64,000 nt of DNA from a virus. Shown here one piece after another: positions 18,178 to 32,100 of the stretch (position 1 is its first letter; each line of letters begins with the position of its first letter). The position numbers and the translations under genes were made by a program. The stretch spans positions 56,748-120,747 of IMG/VR virus record IMGVR_UViG_3300030047_000014; one strand, 5' to 3'. The notes below the pieces were generated by a model. That model searched no databases and was not told the DNA's origin. It saw only the letters and a program-made list of their open reading frames with translations.

Positions 18178-20452
18178 AGATCTATTCTTAAAAATATCCA
18201 AGATTAAGGATATAAATGAATTTTACTCTAAATTTCCTTCTGAAGAAGCATTCATGAAGGTGCATGGAAAAGCATTTAAGAAAGCCTTACTAGGAGCTAG
18301 TATAGACTCTGCTGAAAATGGTATAAACTATAAGTTTGGTCAGTATAGTAATACTCCTGGACAACTTGGATATAATCTATCTGGAGATGAGAATGGACAA
18401 CAGTTTAATCTGGAAGGACAACCAATGTCTAATAATTCTGTACAACAGTCAGTTGCAGGTAAATCAGATCCTACTATTATGGGAGATAGTAAACTTCAAA
18501 GTAATGTAATGCAAGGTGTAAATGCTGCAGGTGAACTTGTAGGAGGTATACGAGCATTATCAGGAGAGAAGAAGAAACTAAGAGGAGCTAAACAAATGCA
18601 GCAATTAAGTGATGTTGAACTCCTTGCTTCAAGAACTAGACCAGAAGAAGTTAGAAGAAGGTATGTTCGTCCTGAAGATATGATAACTTCAGGAGAAGAA
18701 TTATATCCTGCATATGGTACAGGTACTAATGTTCTTGGTAAAGATGGAGTTACTATTAGAAAAGCTGAGAATGGTTTTACTAATTTTATGAATTCAGGTG
18801 GAGAAGGATTTGCTAATAATATGGTAAAGAGTGCTTTCAATAATAATGCAGGGAGTCAGATTGGTGGAGCTGTTGGAGATGCAATTAAAATAATTCCTGG
18901 AGTTGGACCAATTATCAGTACTGTTGCTAAACCTATTCTTAGTGCTATAGGTGGTTTGATAGATAACAATGGTAGAAAGATAAAGAGAGCTCAGCAGGCT
19001 ACGGATAAGAATATTAGTAACATGAGTGTTAATAATAACATTCAAGATACGCAATATCAGAATTCTTCATATATGGAAGATGGAGGTAATATGAATGGAG
19101 ATCTTCAAACATATAAAGGTGGTTATGCAGAACCAATATCATATAATCCTTTCCTACCTGATAATGGTGAAACAGTAATGTTCAGAGGAGCTTCTCACGA
19201 TGATGGTGGAATAGAAGCTTCTTATGGAAATAATTCTGTAGAGGTAGAAGGTGGTGAACCTGCTACTAAATTAGAAGATGGTGGAGGAATGAATAACATG
19301 GTAGTATTTGGTAATCTACCTATCAGTAAAACTTTTGCAGATGCTTTAGGGGATCCTAGTGCAAAGAATAAAAAATTTAAAAACTATGTAGCTGATTTAT
19401 CTAAGACAGAAAGTAGACAGAATAATATAGTTGAAAATTCTGTTGATAAATTAGATGGTTTAGAACTATCAACACCATTTAGTAAACTGGAACTTAATGC
19501 CCATAAAGCAAATATATTAGGAGCTAATATGAAATTAAAGGAAATTGCTGAAAAGAAAAATAGAGCTTCTGCTCTACAAGAAGCTATAAATAGTGTTGCT
19601 GAAGAGCATGGTATTATAGCTGAAGATTTTGCTAAAGGTAAAATTACTAAAGCTAAAAAAGGAGCTACAATTCCTACAGGTGATAGTAATTCAAAGTTTC
19701 CCTGGATGGAAGCTATTAATGCTACTGTACCTTATTTTAGACCAAGTAATGCAGAACCATTAGATGCTAATCAATTAACAGGAGAAATGTTTGCTCTTAG
19801 TAATAATCAACTGGAACCAGTGCAGGCTCAGACATATACTCCTCAATTAGATACTCCTTATGATGTATCTTATCAAGATATTCGTAATAATAATCAAGCT
19901 GATTATAATGCCTCAAAAAGAATAGTAGGAAACAATCCTGAAGCTATTTCTATTTTAAATGCTCAGAAATATAATGCTAATGAGAAAGTTGGTGCAGAAG
20001 AGTTTAGAGCTAATCAAGAAATGAGAAATAAAGTGTATGCTGGTAACAGAGCTACTATGAATGATGCACGACTTAAGAATCTTGGTATCTATGACCAACA
20101 GTATACAAGACAAGCAAATGCTCAAACCAATACAAAGAATGTAGCCCAGGTTGCTATTAGTTCTATTTCTGATAAACAGGCAAAGAATAAACTGGAGAAC
20201 AAAACTCTTCAGACTTATGAGAATCTATATAACTATAGGTATGATAATCAGGGTAGAGCTATTAATATGAATCCTCTGGCTACTTTTAATACCTCAGGAA
20301 CTAATTTGACAGGTAATAATCTCAATCTACCAGAGGGTTATGAGTATACTTACAGAACTGTTAATGGAAAATTAGTACCTGATGATATTAAGAAGAAGGT
20401 TAAAGATAAAAGTAGAAATGGTGCTATTGTTAATGCCATTAAGAATCTATAA
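18170..20452 (+). CDS. Cargo/ejection protein
   Basis: 760 aa; GASHDDGG...VEVEGGE motif, Gly-rich hydrophobic segments, repeated AENG/EDGG motifs, upstream of the RNAP. Confidence 0.6.
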   Translation: MTKDLFLKISKIKDINEFYSKFPSEEAFMKVHGKAFKKALLGASIDSAENGINYKFGQYSNTPGQLGYNLSGDENGQQFNLEGQPMSNNSVQQSVAGKSDPTIMGDSKLQSNVMQGVNAAGELVGGIRALSGEKKKLRGAKQMQQLSDVELLASRTRPEEVRRRYVRPEDMITSGEELYPAYGTGTNVLGKDGVTIRKAENGFTNFMNSGGEGFANNMVKSAFNNNAGSQIGGAVGDAIKIIPGVGPIISTVAKPILSAIGGLIDNNGRKIKRAQQATDKNISNMSVNNNIQDTQYQNSSYMEDGGNMNGDLQTYKGGYAEPISYNPFLPDNGETVMFRGASHDDGGIEASYGNNSVEVEGGEPATKLEDGGGMNNMVVFGNLPISKTFADALGDPSAKNKKFKNYVADLSKTESRQNNIVENSVDKLDGLELSTPFSKLELNAHKANILGANMKLKEIAEKKNRASALQEAINSVAEEHGIIAEDFAKGKITKAKKGATIPTGDSNSKFPWMEAINATVPYFRPSNAEPLDANQLTGEMFALSNNQLEPVQAQTYTPQLDTPYDVSYQDIRNNNQADYNASKRIVGNNPEAISILNAQKYNANEKVGAEEFRANQEMRNKVYAGNRATMNDARLKNLGIYDQQYTRQANAQTNTKNVAQVAISSISDKQAKNKLENKTLQTYENLYNYRYDNQGRAINMNPLATFNTSGTNLTGNNLNLPEGYEYTYRTVNGKLVPDDIKKKVKDKSRNGAIVNAIKNL

Positions 20453-20524
20453 CTAATTTAGTTATAGTAATTACTTAAATTTATTATTCTCTGTTGGAAT
20501 ATATAATATTTCCTATTACATTTG
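20447..20524 (+). promoter_or_regulatory. Second palindromic operator-like site plus Bacteroidota-type promoter
   Basis: CTATAACTA-ATT-TAGTTATAG at 20447-20467; GTTG at 20493 and TACATTTG at 20517 with a 20-nt spacer. Confidence 0.6.
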
Positions 20525-20540
20525 AAAATTAAACAACGCT

Positions 20541-23108
20541 ATGGCTAATTGGACAGATAATAGACCCCCAGTGTTTAATCCCTACGTACAGCAATTGCCT
20601 GTTGAGGCAATGACTCAAGTTGGTGTGGAAAAACAGAAACGCTATGATGAGGGTGTTCAGAAAATTCAGACTGAAGTTGATAATATTGCAGGACTTGACA
20701 TCATAAGAGATGTGGATAAGAACTATCTGCAATCTAAACTAAATCAGTTAGGTACTAATCTTAAATCAGTTACTGCAGCAGATTTTTCTAACTTCCAATT
20801 AGTTAACTCTGTAGGAGGAATGGCTAATCAGATAGCAAAGGATAGAAATATTCTAAATGCTGTTAGCTCAACTGCTAGATTTAGAAAAGAACAAGCCTTT
20901 GGTGAAACTCTAAAGAAAGAAGGTAAATCCTCAGTTAATAGAGAATATGATTTCAATAAGTCTGTTAATGACTGGTTGAATAATACTGATCTAAATGCTT
21001 CTTTTAATGGACAATATAAAGAGCATATTGATGTCAATAAAAAAGTGCTTGAGATAATTGGAAAAATTAATCCAAACGCTAAACAAGAGGATCTTGTTAA
21101 TGCTGTAAGATCTGATGGTACAATTAATTATAAACAGATGGCTGATGTAATGCAACGTAGAGGTATTACAGAAGTTAGTGAAGGTCAGATTAAAACAGCA
21201 GTTAATTCAATGTTGGATGCTAATGACATGGATGAGTTATATAGCCAGGGAAGATATGCATATAAAGATTATACGCCTGCAGCATTACAAGCTGAGAGTA
21301 CCAGAACGTATGAACTTGGTAAAAGAAGTTATCAAAGTAAGCTTGAAGAGTTACAGAGACAACTCCTTGTAACTACAGATATTACACAACAGCATGACAT
21401 TAATGATACAATTGAATATTACAAAACCTTATTAGGAGACTCAAAAAATAATATCCCTAGTCTTCTTGAAAAGACTCATAATTCTATACTAGAAAATATA
21501 ATGACTAATCCTGATGAAGCAAGATCTTCCTTATATACAAGAAATTGGTTGGATGAAATTGCTAATGGATTTGCTCATAGAGAAATTAAAGATGAGGTAC
21601 TTGCTTCTCCATATAAGGAAAATGAATGGAAGCGTCTTGCTTATAATTTAGATTTATTACAAGAAAGTCATTTACAATCATATAGAAATGCTCAATTAGA
21701 AATTGACAAAGAGAGATTAGGAATTGATAGAGATAAACTTGCACTTGAAAGAGAAAAACTTTCTCCTGGTATACCTTATTACAAAAGAACTGGTGATGCA
21801 TCTACACAAGAGCAAGAATCTTTAAAAAACTTTGCTAATTATAATAATGAATTAAAGACAAGGAATGAGACTATTCTTAATGAGTATGCTGATAGTCGAT
21901 CAAGTATGGATACTAAGGTTAAACCTTCTGATATTCTTAGAAATATAGAATTGTATAAGAGTAACAAATATACTCCTAAAACAAAAGATGAGGAAGTTGA
22001 TTTTAATGAATACATTAAAAATAGTAATCTTCTGGCTACACAATCCAGAATTTTAGCAAAAAAAACTGATGAAGCTTACAGAGAAGTAACAGGAGGTATT
22101 GCTCAAAGAGATCTATTGTCTTCTCAGTTAAAAGGTAAAGCAGATATTGATATTGTTAAAGATGGTATTAATTATCATTTTACTCCTAAAGAAATCTATG
22201 ATTATATCTCTAAAGAAGAAAAATATACAAAAAGTTACAACATGTATGGAGGTGGATATTCAATGTCACCTGGATCAAAGCTCTCAGATAAAGAAAGAGT
22301 ACTAGCAAATGAAATTGAAGGAAGATATAGTGGTTCTACTAAAGCTATTAATACACAGTTAAATGAGTATTTAAACAGTTATTCCTCTATTGCGAAACAG
22401 ACAAGAGATATTGATCTTCAAGTAACAAAACGTGTTTCTGAAAAAATGAAAGACATCACAGGTATATTTGCTACAGAGCAAGCTGCTGTTCATTTTAAAG
22501 ATACTGACGAAGAAAAGAACTTCATTAGAGATCTAACTACTATAGTACAGGCAGATATGGGAGCTAAATCAGGAGCATTAGGATATGATACTGAAAAATC
22601 TTTAGATTTTCTAACTAAAACTGGAGGCACAGATGTTGAAGCACAGCATGTTAGACAAGGTGATAAGAATTTCATCCAACTTACTAATAAGAAAAGTAAG
22701 AAAACAGAACTTATTCCTGTTACTCCAGAATTTGTTTTAAGAAATAAAAATCTAGGAGAAAAGTATTTAAATAAGAACTTAGATTTTGCAATGGTGTTAT
22801 TGACAAATAACGGATCTACAAATATTTTTAAAGACTATGATAATGCATATTATAACTCTGGATTATTTGGAGGATATGATGTAAAAGGAAAGAGAACAGT
22901 TAAAATGCCAATAGTAGCTGATTTAGAGAGAGGTAGGAGTGGTGCATTCTATCCTGTTCTTAAAAGAAAAACAAAAGACGGAAAGATAGAAGTGTTACCT
23001 TACCCACATGCAACAACTAAAGAAGAGTTTGAAGCTTGGCTTCCTACTCTTACTGATGAAAAAATAGAGATGTTATTTAATGATAATAAAAAGAATACAA
23101 ACCAGTAA
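20541..23108 (+). CDS. Cargo/ejection protein preceding the virion RNAP
   Basis: 855 aa, helical/coiled-coil; FNPYVQQLP start; synteny. Confidence 0.6.
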   Translation: MANWTDNRPPVFNPYVQQLPVEAMTQVGVEKQKRYDEGVQKIQTEVDNIAGLDIIRDVDKNYLQSKLNQLGTNLKSVTAADFSNFQLVNSVGGMANQIAKDRNILNAVSSTARFRKEQAFGETLKKEGKSSVNREYDFNKSVNDWLNNTDLNASFNGQYKEHIDVNKKVLEIIGKINPNAKQEDLVNAVRSDGTINYKQMADVMQRRGITEVSEGQIKTAVNSMLDANDMDELYSQGRYAYKDYTPAALQAESTRTYELGKRSYQSKLEELQRQLLVTTDITQQHDINDTIEYYKTLLGDSKNNIPSLLEKTHNSILENIMTNPDEARSSLYTRNWLDEIANGFAHREIKDEVLASPYKENEWKRLAYNLDLLQESHLQSYRNAQLEIDKERLGIDRDKLALEREKLSPGIPYYKRTGDASTQEQESLKNFANYNNELKTRNETILNEYADSRSSMDTKVKPSDILRNIELYKSNKYTPKTKDEEVDFNEYIKNSNLLATQSRILAKKTDEAYREVTGGIAQRDLLSSQLKGKADIDIVKDGINYHFTPKEIYDYISKEEKYTKSYNMYGGGYSMSPGSKLSDKERVLANEIEGRYSGSTKAINTQLNEYLNSYSSIAKQTRDIDLQVTKRVSEKMKDITGIFATEQAAVHFKDTDEEKNFIRDLTTIVQADMGAKSGALGYDTEKSLDFLTKTGGTDVEAQHVRQGDKNFIQLTNKKSKKTELIPVTPEFVLRNKNLGEKYLNKNLDFAMVLLTNNGSTNIFKDYDNAYYNSGLFGGYDVKGKRTVKMPIVADLERGRSGAFYPVLKRKTKDGKIEVLPYPHATTKEEFEAWLPTLTDEKIEMLFNDNKKNTNQ

Positions 23109-23122
23109 TATCCCAATAAGAC

Positions 23123-26100
23123 ATGCCTATAAATGATTTAAGTCCTTTGACTGAAAACATACTACCAACAAGTAGACCTCAATCTGTAGGTAACTCAATT
23201 CCTAATCCATATATGGAAGGTAGTGGTAATGGTGATAGTGGAAGTAAACGTCCTGATTACTTACCTCCTCTTGCTTCAGGAAAGGATGAGATGCCTATTA
23301 CAGCAACCTCTGGACAGTTGCATGATGCAAGAAAGTTTTCTGTCTTTGATCCTACAAAGACAGAGAATGAGTTTGCTTATGGACAAGGATTTGTTTCTAA
23401 GATGGTTAGTGGTGTTGGTAAGGGATTATTACTTACAGGTACTACATTTCTACAGACTACTGCAGGATTAATAAATGGTTTATATCAATGGAATAAAACA
23501 GGGAAAGCATCTTCTTTCTATGATAATCCTCTTAATAAATGGGTAGATGATGTAAATGCAGAAGCTGAGAACAGATTACCTAATCTTTACACAAATATTG
23601 AGAAAGATGCTAATTGGTATTCTCCTAAATATTTATTAACAGGTAATTTCTTATGGGATGGTATTGTAAAGAATCTTGGATTCTCTGCAGGTGCTGCATT
23701 GTCAGGAATGGCATTTGCAGGAGCTTTAAGAGCTCTTCCTCTTACATCTAAGTTATTCTCTATTGGTAAAGGAGCTGAAGCTCTTGCAGCCACAGAAGAA
23801 GGAGTATCAGCATCTACAGCAGCAGGTAATGCTGCAGAAACTTATGGAAAGATCAAAGAGCAATCTGATAAATTCTTAGGATCATTTAAATTACTAAATC
23901 CTGGTGGTAGAGCTTTAATAGCAGGTTTATCTACTTCTGGAGAAGCTAGTTTTGAGTCATATCAGAATCTTAATCAATTCAGGAATGATGAAATAAAGAA
24001 ATATCAAGATACACATGATGGAGAGAAACCTACTGGAGAGGATCTTAAGAAGATTAATGATAATGCAGAACATGTTGGAAATGTGTCCTATCTGTCTAAT
24101 GTGGCTCTTCTTAGTGTTACTAATTATATACAGTTTCCTAAAATATTAGGATCTTCTTATAAAGCTGAGAAGGGAATGATTAATTCCTTAACCAAAGAAA
24201 CAGGAGATATAATTGGAACAGAAGGAAAATATCTTGTAAAGCCTGCAGGAAATAAGATTCTCTCAACTCTAAATAAGATTAGACCCTATACATTCTCTAC
24301 TTCAGAAGGATTTGAAGAGGGTGCACAGTATGTAATTCAGGAAGGTACTCAGAACTACTATGATAAAAAGTATAATAATACTCCAACTGATTTTCTAACC
24401 AGTCTTTTAGAAGGAGTTAAAAAGACTGTTGGTACTAATGAAGGTATGAAGAATATCTTAATTGGTGGATTATCAGGATCTATAATGATGGGTAGAGGAA
24501 GGTTCAGAGAAAATAGTGAGAAAGATAGAAATACTCAGGAAGCTGTTACAGCATTCAATAAAACTAAATTTTCTGATTTTACTCAGGAAACATTAGATGC
24601 TGTTAATAGAGGAACAACTCTTCAGGAAGAGAGAGAAGCTGCTCTAAAGAGTGGTGATATACTAAATAGTAAAGATAAAGAAGCTGATTATATAATCAAC
24701 TATCTTACACCACGTATTAAATATGGGAGGTTTGATTTAATTAAATCAGATATATCTGATTATAAACAACTTGCAAGCACTGATGAAGGTTTTGCTCAAT
24801 TACAATCTGAAGGTAAAGCCTTAACAACAGATACTAAGGAAGCTTATATTCAGAGATTATCTGCATTAGAAGCTACTGCTGAGAATGTAAAATCATTATA
24901 TCAATCTCTTAATCTTCGATATGGTGCACAAATAGATGAAAAAGGTAAACCTATCTACTCTCCTGCAGTTATGGACAAGATGGTTTATGCAGCATCTAAA
25001 GTAGCTGACTATGATAAACGAATTCCAGAATTAACTAATACATTAATACAAAGTAATATTGATGTTAATGCTGTAGTTAAAGATGTACTATTGGGTAAAT
25101 CAGACAGTTTTAATGAAGCTATGGATTCTATCAGCAAGATGGATATCTTAGATGAAGAAAAAACTTCTCTTAGTGAAGCTTTGGAAGATATAAGTGAACT
25201 TAGTCTTCGTAGAAATAAATTTCTAAAAGAATATACTGAGATAAAGAACAATCCTAAAAAATATCAGGAACAAAAAGCAGAAGATATCCAACCTCCTGTT
25301 GGTGAAGAGAATAGGATAATTGCTATTAAAACTAAGACAGGAGATAAGGAATTAACTATTGGTAAGGAGTACTTTATAGGTAAGGGATTTGACTATGATA
25401 AAGATGGTCTGGAGACTCCTGTTACTATTTCTAAACTTACTATTCTTAGTGAGAATGAGGATGGTACAATCAAAGTAAAAGGAAATAATGGTAAAGTAAT
25501 GGATATATCTAAGGATCAATTACTTGACTATAAAGTTACACCTGCTGAACAATTAAAAGCTAATAAGACTGCTAATTATTTCTTTAATCATAGGAATGAG
25601 TTGTTTGAGATTAATTTGGGTAAGAAATATGGTGGAAAGAAAACTGGTAGAATTGAATTCAAAGAAGGCAAACTCTTTATTGTATATAAAGGAGTTAATG
25701 GCAAACTTATTCACAAAGAGATAAATAATAGTTTCTTTGTTCCTCAAAAGGAATATAATGAACCAAGAATCAGAATTACAGGTAAAATTGAAACTGCAGA
25801 ACAGAAAGTAGCCAGGGAAGAATTCACTTCAGCAAAAGAATTAGAGGCACAGAAACAAACTGCTTCTCAGAATAGAGATACACGTATTGAAATTCTGACA
25901 CAGTTGTTTGATGATATCTCTACTAAGCAGGAAGATACCAATAAGTTACTGACTCAGAAGAAATCTGAATTAACAAATATTAAAGAGGAATTATCTAAAC
26001 TTGAGGAGAATATCCTTAATACTCAGAATGATGTAGATAAGAGATTTAAAAAAGTAACTTTCAGAGCTACTACCAGAAAAGCATTAGCTACTGCTTCTCG

Positions 26101-29100
26101 TTTGTCCAGAATGCAAGATCAGTTAGAAAAAGAGATAAAAGATCTTGAGACTCAGAGAGAAGAGTTAGATATTGATTTGTCTTATATTTCTGATATGGCT
26201 CAGAATATTGATGAGCTTCCTACAGATAGTAAGGAGTTTCTTAATGAGCTGAAATCTCATAAAGCATTATTGGAAGATATGCTTCTTAATACAGAAATTC
26301 AAATTGAGGAGACTAACAACATTATTAGCAAGGTAAAGGCAGCTTTAGATTCAGCTATGGATTTCTTATCAGATGTGATAGGTAAGTTTCAGCAGAAGTT
26401 TCCTAAAGTTCCGCTTGCTCTTGGTAGTGAATGGATTGAGTTTCTAAAAAATAATCCTAACTTTCTTAAGCGTAAACCTAACTATAAGGAAGAATTACAA
26501 CAGCTTGATGATTTAGTAGCTCAAGTTGAGGATATGGATATTATTCCTGGGGAGCGTACTATAAAAGAATTAAATGAGAAACTTGCAGAATTACAGGAAG
26601 CCTTATCTCCACTAGAAAGAGAATTAAAAGCAAGTAATGTTATATTGGATAGGTTTAGGGAAATTGCTAAAAAATCCAGGGAAGTAAAAGCTGAAGAGAA
26701 AGCTATGTCTGTAAAGGATGAGTTTTTAAAAAAGGCTCTTGGTACAGATAAGAGTGGTATCCAGAACAGAGAATTTGATAAGGATTATGAGCCTGAGGCT
26801 AAGAAGCCTACAGAGTTCATATGGAGAAGTACTATCACAACAGGAGATAAACCTCATGCCATTAGATCTAATAAATTTGGAGCTAATCTGAATTCATTTC
26901 CTAATAGAGATAAAATACGTGGGGTATATATAACTTTTAAAAATGAAGATCAGATACTACCAGGATTAATTGATCATTTAAGGACAGATGAAAATGGTAA
27001 TGTAGACAACTCTATAAATAGAGAGGATGTCATTGTATTAGTAATGACTGATGAGGATGGTAATCTGATTGATGAAAATGGTAAACTTGTACAGAATAAT
27101 GCTGACAAATTAAATACAGCTATATATCAAGTATTTCCAGAAGCTAAATTAGCTTGGAGTGAAAAGTATGGTAATGCATCAATGTTTAGGAAAGATACTC
27201 CTCAAGATGTAGTGGACTCTGTTAAGAAACAGTATGCTGATTGGAGAAAAGATATTTTAGAGAACACAACTGATTTAAGTAATAGTCATACTATTGATGC
27301 CTCTTTTGGATTTCCTGAGTATGAAACTGAACTGGATGAAAATCAAGTACCACAGAGGATTTATTCTACTAAGACATCTGTACAAGAAGCAGGTTTGGTT
27401 ACTGAAGATGAATTAGAAGCTTCTCCAGTAATTACTATTCCTACAACCAATAGTATTGTTGGTAAGGGCACTGTTTCCTTTACTAATGCTATTGGTAAAG
27501 TATTTCTTGAATTAAAGAATGGTCTGATACCACTACAGAATAGAAAACATACTAGTGAAGAGGCAGAGTTAATATATCAGTCTATCTATCACTTAGCTAA
27601 GAATATGCTTAAAGGTGAACTTAAGTCTGATGCTTCTGAGAACTTATTTAATTATCTTCGATCAGTAGTCTATTGGGGAATTCCTACAGATCAACAAGGT
27701 AATAGAAAAGAGACTAAAGGATATAATAGTATCTTCTGGGAGAAAGATCCTGTATCTGGAAAGTTCATGTTATCAATGTCAGGAAAAGGAATGAACTTTG
27801 TATTCACTCCTTCTGCACTGGAACAATATAAAGCAGATATAATTGCTATGTTAGAGGGGATGTATAATAACATTAACTCCTCTATGATTAAAGGTAATAA
27901 TGCTATTAATGAGAAATATCATGAACCATTATCTATAAATGCTGATGGTACTTTCAATACAAGAGAATGGAATAACTACCAGACTTATTTGTTATCAAGT
28001 ACAACTCCTGATGGTAAACCACGTAAAAACATTCCTCTTACTACATTAATGAAACCTCTTGCTAATAAGGAAGATGTAAATAGAAAAGGAATATATTTTT
28101 ATACTACTGATACAGCAGATGATATTGTTCTTCCTACTAAAAAACCTTTAGCAGCATCTAAAATGCTTCCAGGTAAATTACAGGAAGCTCTACAGAAAAC
28201 ACAAAAGTTTGTATTAGGTAGAAATAATTTAAATATATTTACTACAGATGCAGGAAAACAATTAAAGTTTATAGTTAGTGAGAAAGTTAATGCTAATAAC
28301 TTTATGCAGGAGATTAGTATTCTTCAAGGCGGTGATCTTGTAGAATTAATGGATATTATTAAAAAAGCAGGATTAGATCCTGCAAAGGTTCTTAAAAGAC
28401 GTATATTTAAAGCACTTGAGCCTCAATTAAATGATACAAATACTGAAGAGAAAGAAGATATCTTTAGAGTTCCTGATGATGAGGATGATACTAAAATACC
28501 TACACAGAAAGATAATAGAAAAACATCTAATGAAGATGATGAAGAGATGGAAGTCTTTCATGTTCCAGATGATATAGATGAGGATATTAAGAAGGCTTTA
28601 AATCGTGTGTCTAATGATTCTGATTTAGCAGCAACTCGTCTTGTTTTAAAACAGATGTTAGATGATTATAAAGAAGAGGACTGGACTAAAATAGAACAAT
28701 GGTTAAGAAATAATTTTCCTAACTTTCCTTTCTATAGGGTAAAGAATGTAATCCAGGTTACTAATGGAAGACAAGCTTGGGGTATGTTCAAACAGGCTGC
28801 TTTGTATGTATATCAACATGCAGAATCAGGTACATCATATCATGAGGTCTTTCATGCAGTATGGAGGATGTTCGTAGGTCCAGATGAACAATCTGCTATT
28901 GAAGATGAATTCACTTCCAGAAAAGGTAGTTTTATTGATAGAGCTACACAGAAGACAATAAAATACTCAGATGCTAATGCTAAAGAAATAGATGAGAAAT
29001 TAGCAGAAGAATTTAGAAATTATATTCAGGAAGGTAAAATCCCTGGTAAACCAGAGAAAGGAAGACCATTTATTCTTAAAATGTTTATAGACTTGGTAAA

Positions 29101-32100
29101 GTTTATTAAAACCTTCTTTGTTGGAAATGAAGGTATTAGTAATACAGAAAATCTATTTAAGCATATAAATGAGGGATACTATAAAAAAGTAATTCCTTAC
29201 ACAGCAAGTTTATCCTTGGCTAATAAAGGTATAATAAATATTAATAATGCAATTGCTACTACAGAAGACAATCTCAGTGTAGTATCTATCACAGATAAAC
29301 AACGTAGTGATATTATTCAGGAAATGACTTATCAAACTCTCAAGGAATTGATAGAGTCTGATAAGAGTTTATTTACTGTTCCTAATTTAAAGAAATCAGA
29401 ATTATATAGTAGACTGAAATCCAAGTTACTAGATACTCTTAGTAGAGATATAAAGAATTCTAAGAAACTAATTGCTAAAGGAGAATTTACAGAGAATCAA
29501 TTAGCTCCTTTAATGTATGAACGTCTTTCATTAATGCAAAATGTTGCTACACAATGGGATGCTATAGTTGCTAAGCATCAGGAGTATCTTAGGGGATATT
29601 CTATTGAGTTTGATGATAATGATAGTCTTCAGATAAATGATGAGGATAAGATCAAAAATAGTGATTTTGTAGATGCTACTAAAATAGATAGCTTTAAGAA
29701 AGCTAATAGTGCTATTAAACTACTCCTGGCAACTTTACCAAAGGTAGATGGAAATAATAGATTAATACCATCTTCTATTGGTGGAGCACAATTACTCCCT
29801 ATAAGTCAGACCTATATTAGTCTGATGAATAGGTTATATAACTCTAAGAGTATTGAAGATATGATGTCCAGACTTAAGGATATGGCTACTAATGATGTAA
29901 ATTACAGAACATTATACAAACGTCTTACTAAATCAGACTGGAAAACTAAAGGAATAGATATTAGTAAGATCAATACTACTTATGGTGCACAACTCCTTGG
30001 TTCTTTCTGGAAGACATTCAAGAAACAAAATCCAGATGTAAAGAATGTATTTATATTTGAGAATGGTGAGATAGTTATAGGAGATAGTAATTTATCGAGT
30101 GTAGCTAGTCAACTTAGAAATGAATATATTAATGACATTATCCTAACAGCAAAGAAGGATAATAGTTATTTTAAATATGATGAAAAGGAAAAAGTATTCA
30201 GAGGAGATGCTGTTGCTATCAAAAATGTAAAACTAGATACATTAACATCCTACTCAGAATTTCTTAATAAACTTGGTATTGTATTTACTGTACCTCAGAT
30301 CCAGAAATTAGGTTCTCATCTAAAAGATTTCAAGGAGACTGTTTCAGGTATACGAGCTAGTATTGCTGCAAATGAAAAAATTGCAACATTTTCTGGTAAG
30401 GTTTTAAATATTAATGGTCGTCTGCTTGAACTTGGTATTGCTAAAGCAGTTATTGATAATCCTGAATTTGATAGTACTTTCTTTAATGTTACTGGTGAAC
30501 GTACTCAATCATTTATTGGTGTTAATCCTGCTGATGCCTTATATAACTTTCTCTCTTCAATTGAGAAATTTGATGATGCTAATGTTCTTGACAGCGAATA
30601 TAGATATCTTAAAACAGATGCTTTCGCAAAAGGTTCCAATATTCTACAAAGAATGTTTACTTCTGAAGGTACACGTAAACATGGTTCTGAGGATCTTATG
30701 AAAGTAGGGTATGTTAGTGGTACTATTGATGAGAAGAAAGGTAAACAGAAAGCATCTGCCAGATTAAACTATAAAGAAAGACTTATTCAGGAGATCAATC
30801 TTAATCTAAAAGGATGGTATCTTAATTTAGTTCCTGCTGATGCAACTATGGAGTGGATGCTTAATACTGGGAATGCTATATCAGTAGCCTCTATATCTAA
30901 AGGACTTTCTGATGTAAATGCTATCTTTAAGAATTACTTCATCTCCGAGATGGATCTTGTTAAGGATAATAGGAAGATCAATAGCCATAGAGATGCTAAG
31001 GAAGCAAAAGAAATGAGGTTCTTTAAATCTATTCTTGGAGAAGAACTACATAATAAGATAGTTAAAGATAAAAGAGACTCTGAAGAAATATATGCTGATT
31101 ATGAATCTAAGATAAACTCTGCCCTGGAGAAATATATTAATAATGAAACTTCTAAGTTTCAGAAGAATTTAACTACTTGGGGAGTATTAACTGAGGATGA
31201 TCTTGGTCATACCTTGGAGAATATTAATCTTCCAGAGAATATGTCTATGGAAGAATTAGTTAGACAATTGAAAGCTCTTACAATTAATTTTATGATTTCT
31301 AATATTGAAATGCATAAACTACTGTATGCAGATCCTTATCAATACTATCAGGAATTAAAACGTATTAAGAACTTCAATTCACCTAGGCAGACTCTTATTA
31401 ATAACTCTCCTCAGATGAATGCAGTATTTAATTCTGTTTGGAATGAGAATTATAAAAAAGGAGATATTGGATATACTAACTTTCGTCAAGATTACTTTAG
31501 ATCAGCTACTCATAAAGATACCTTTGGGGTAATTGATTTACTTGGATATACAGATTTTGAAGAGACGGATGGTGCAGGTATTATTGGAATGAGAGCATAT
31601 CGCCAGTTTAGAATTAGAAGTGGAGATTGGAACGATAATGAAGAAAGTCAATATAGGTATGATATAGCCTGGGAGAAGAGAGATAAAGATTTTTCATTGT
31701 CTGCCAGTGAGGTAGCATTATTAGAAAAAGGAAATCCTGCTATTCAAAGTGCATATGTTAATATTAAACCTATTGTAGCAGGTAATAGACTGAATAGTAA
31801 GGGAAATGCAAATGATATCAATGATGTCTTATTGGATAAGTTTGCTCTATATCCTCTATCATATCGTATTATGAAAGAGATAAATCCTAATGCAAATGCT
31901 ATAAAGCTTTATGATAAAATGCAGAAGGAAGATATTGATTATATGGTATTTGAGAAAAGTAGAGTAGTAGGTGCAAGAGATCCTCATGATACATATAATG
32001 CTGATGGTTCTTTTAATACTAAGCCATATTCCGGGGAGAATGTGATCAATGTACCTTTTAGTATCATGAGTGTACAATCTGAAGTACCATCAAAAGAGAA

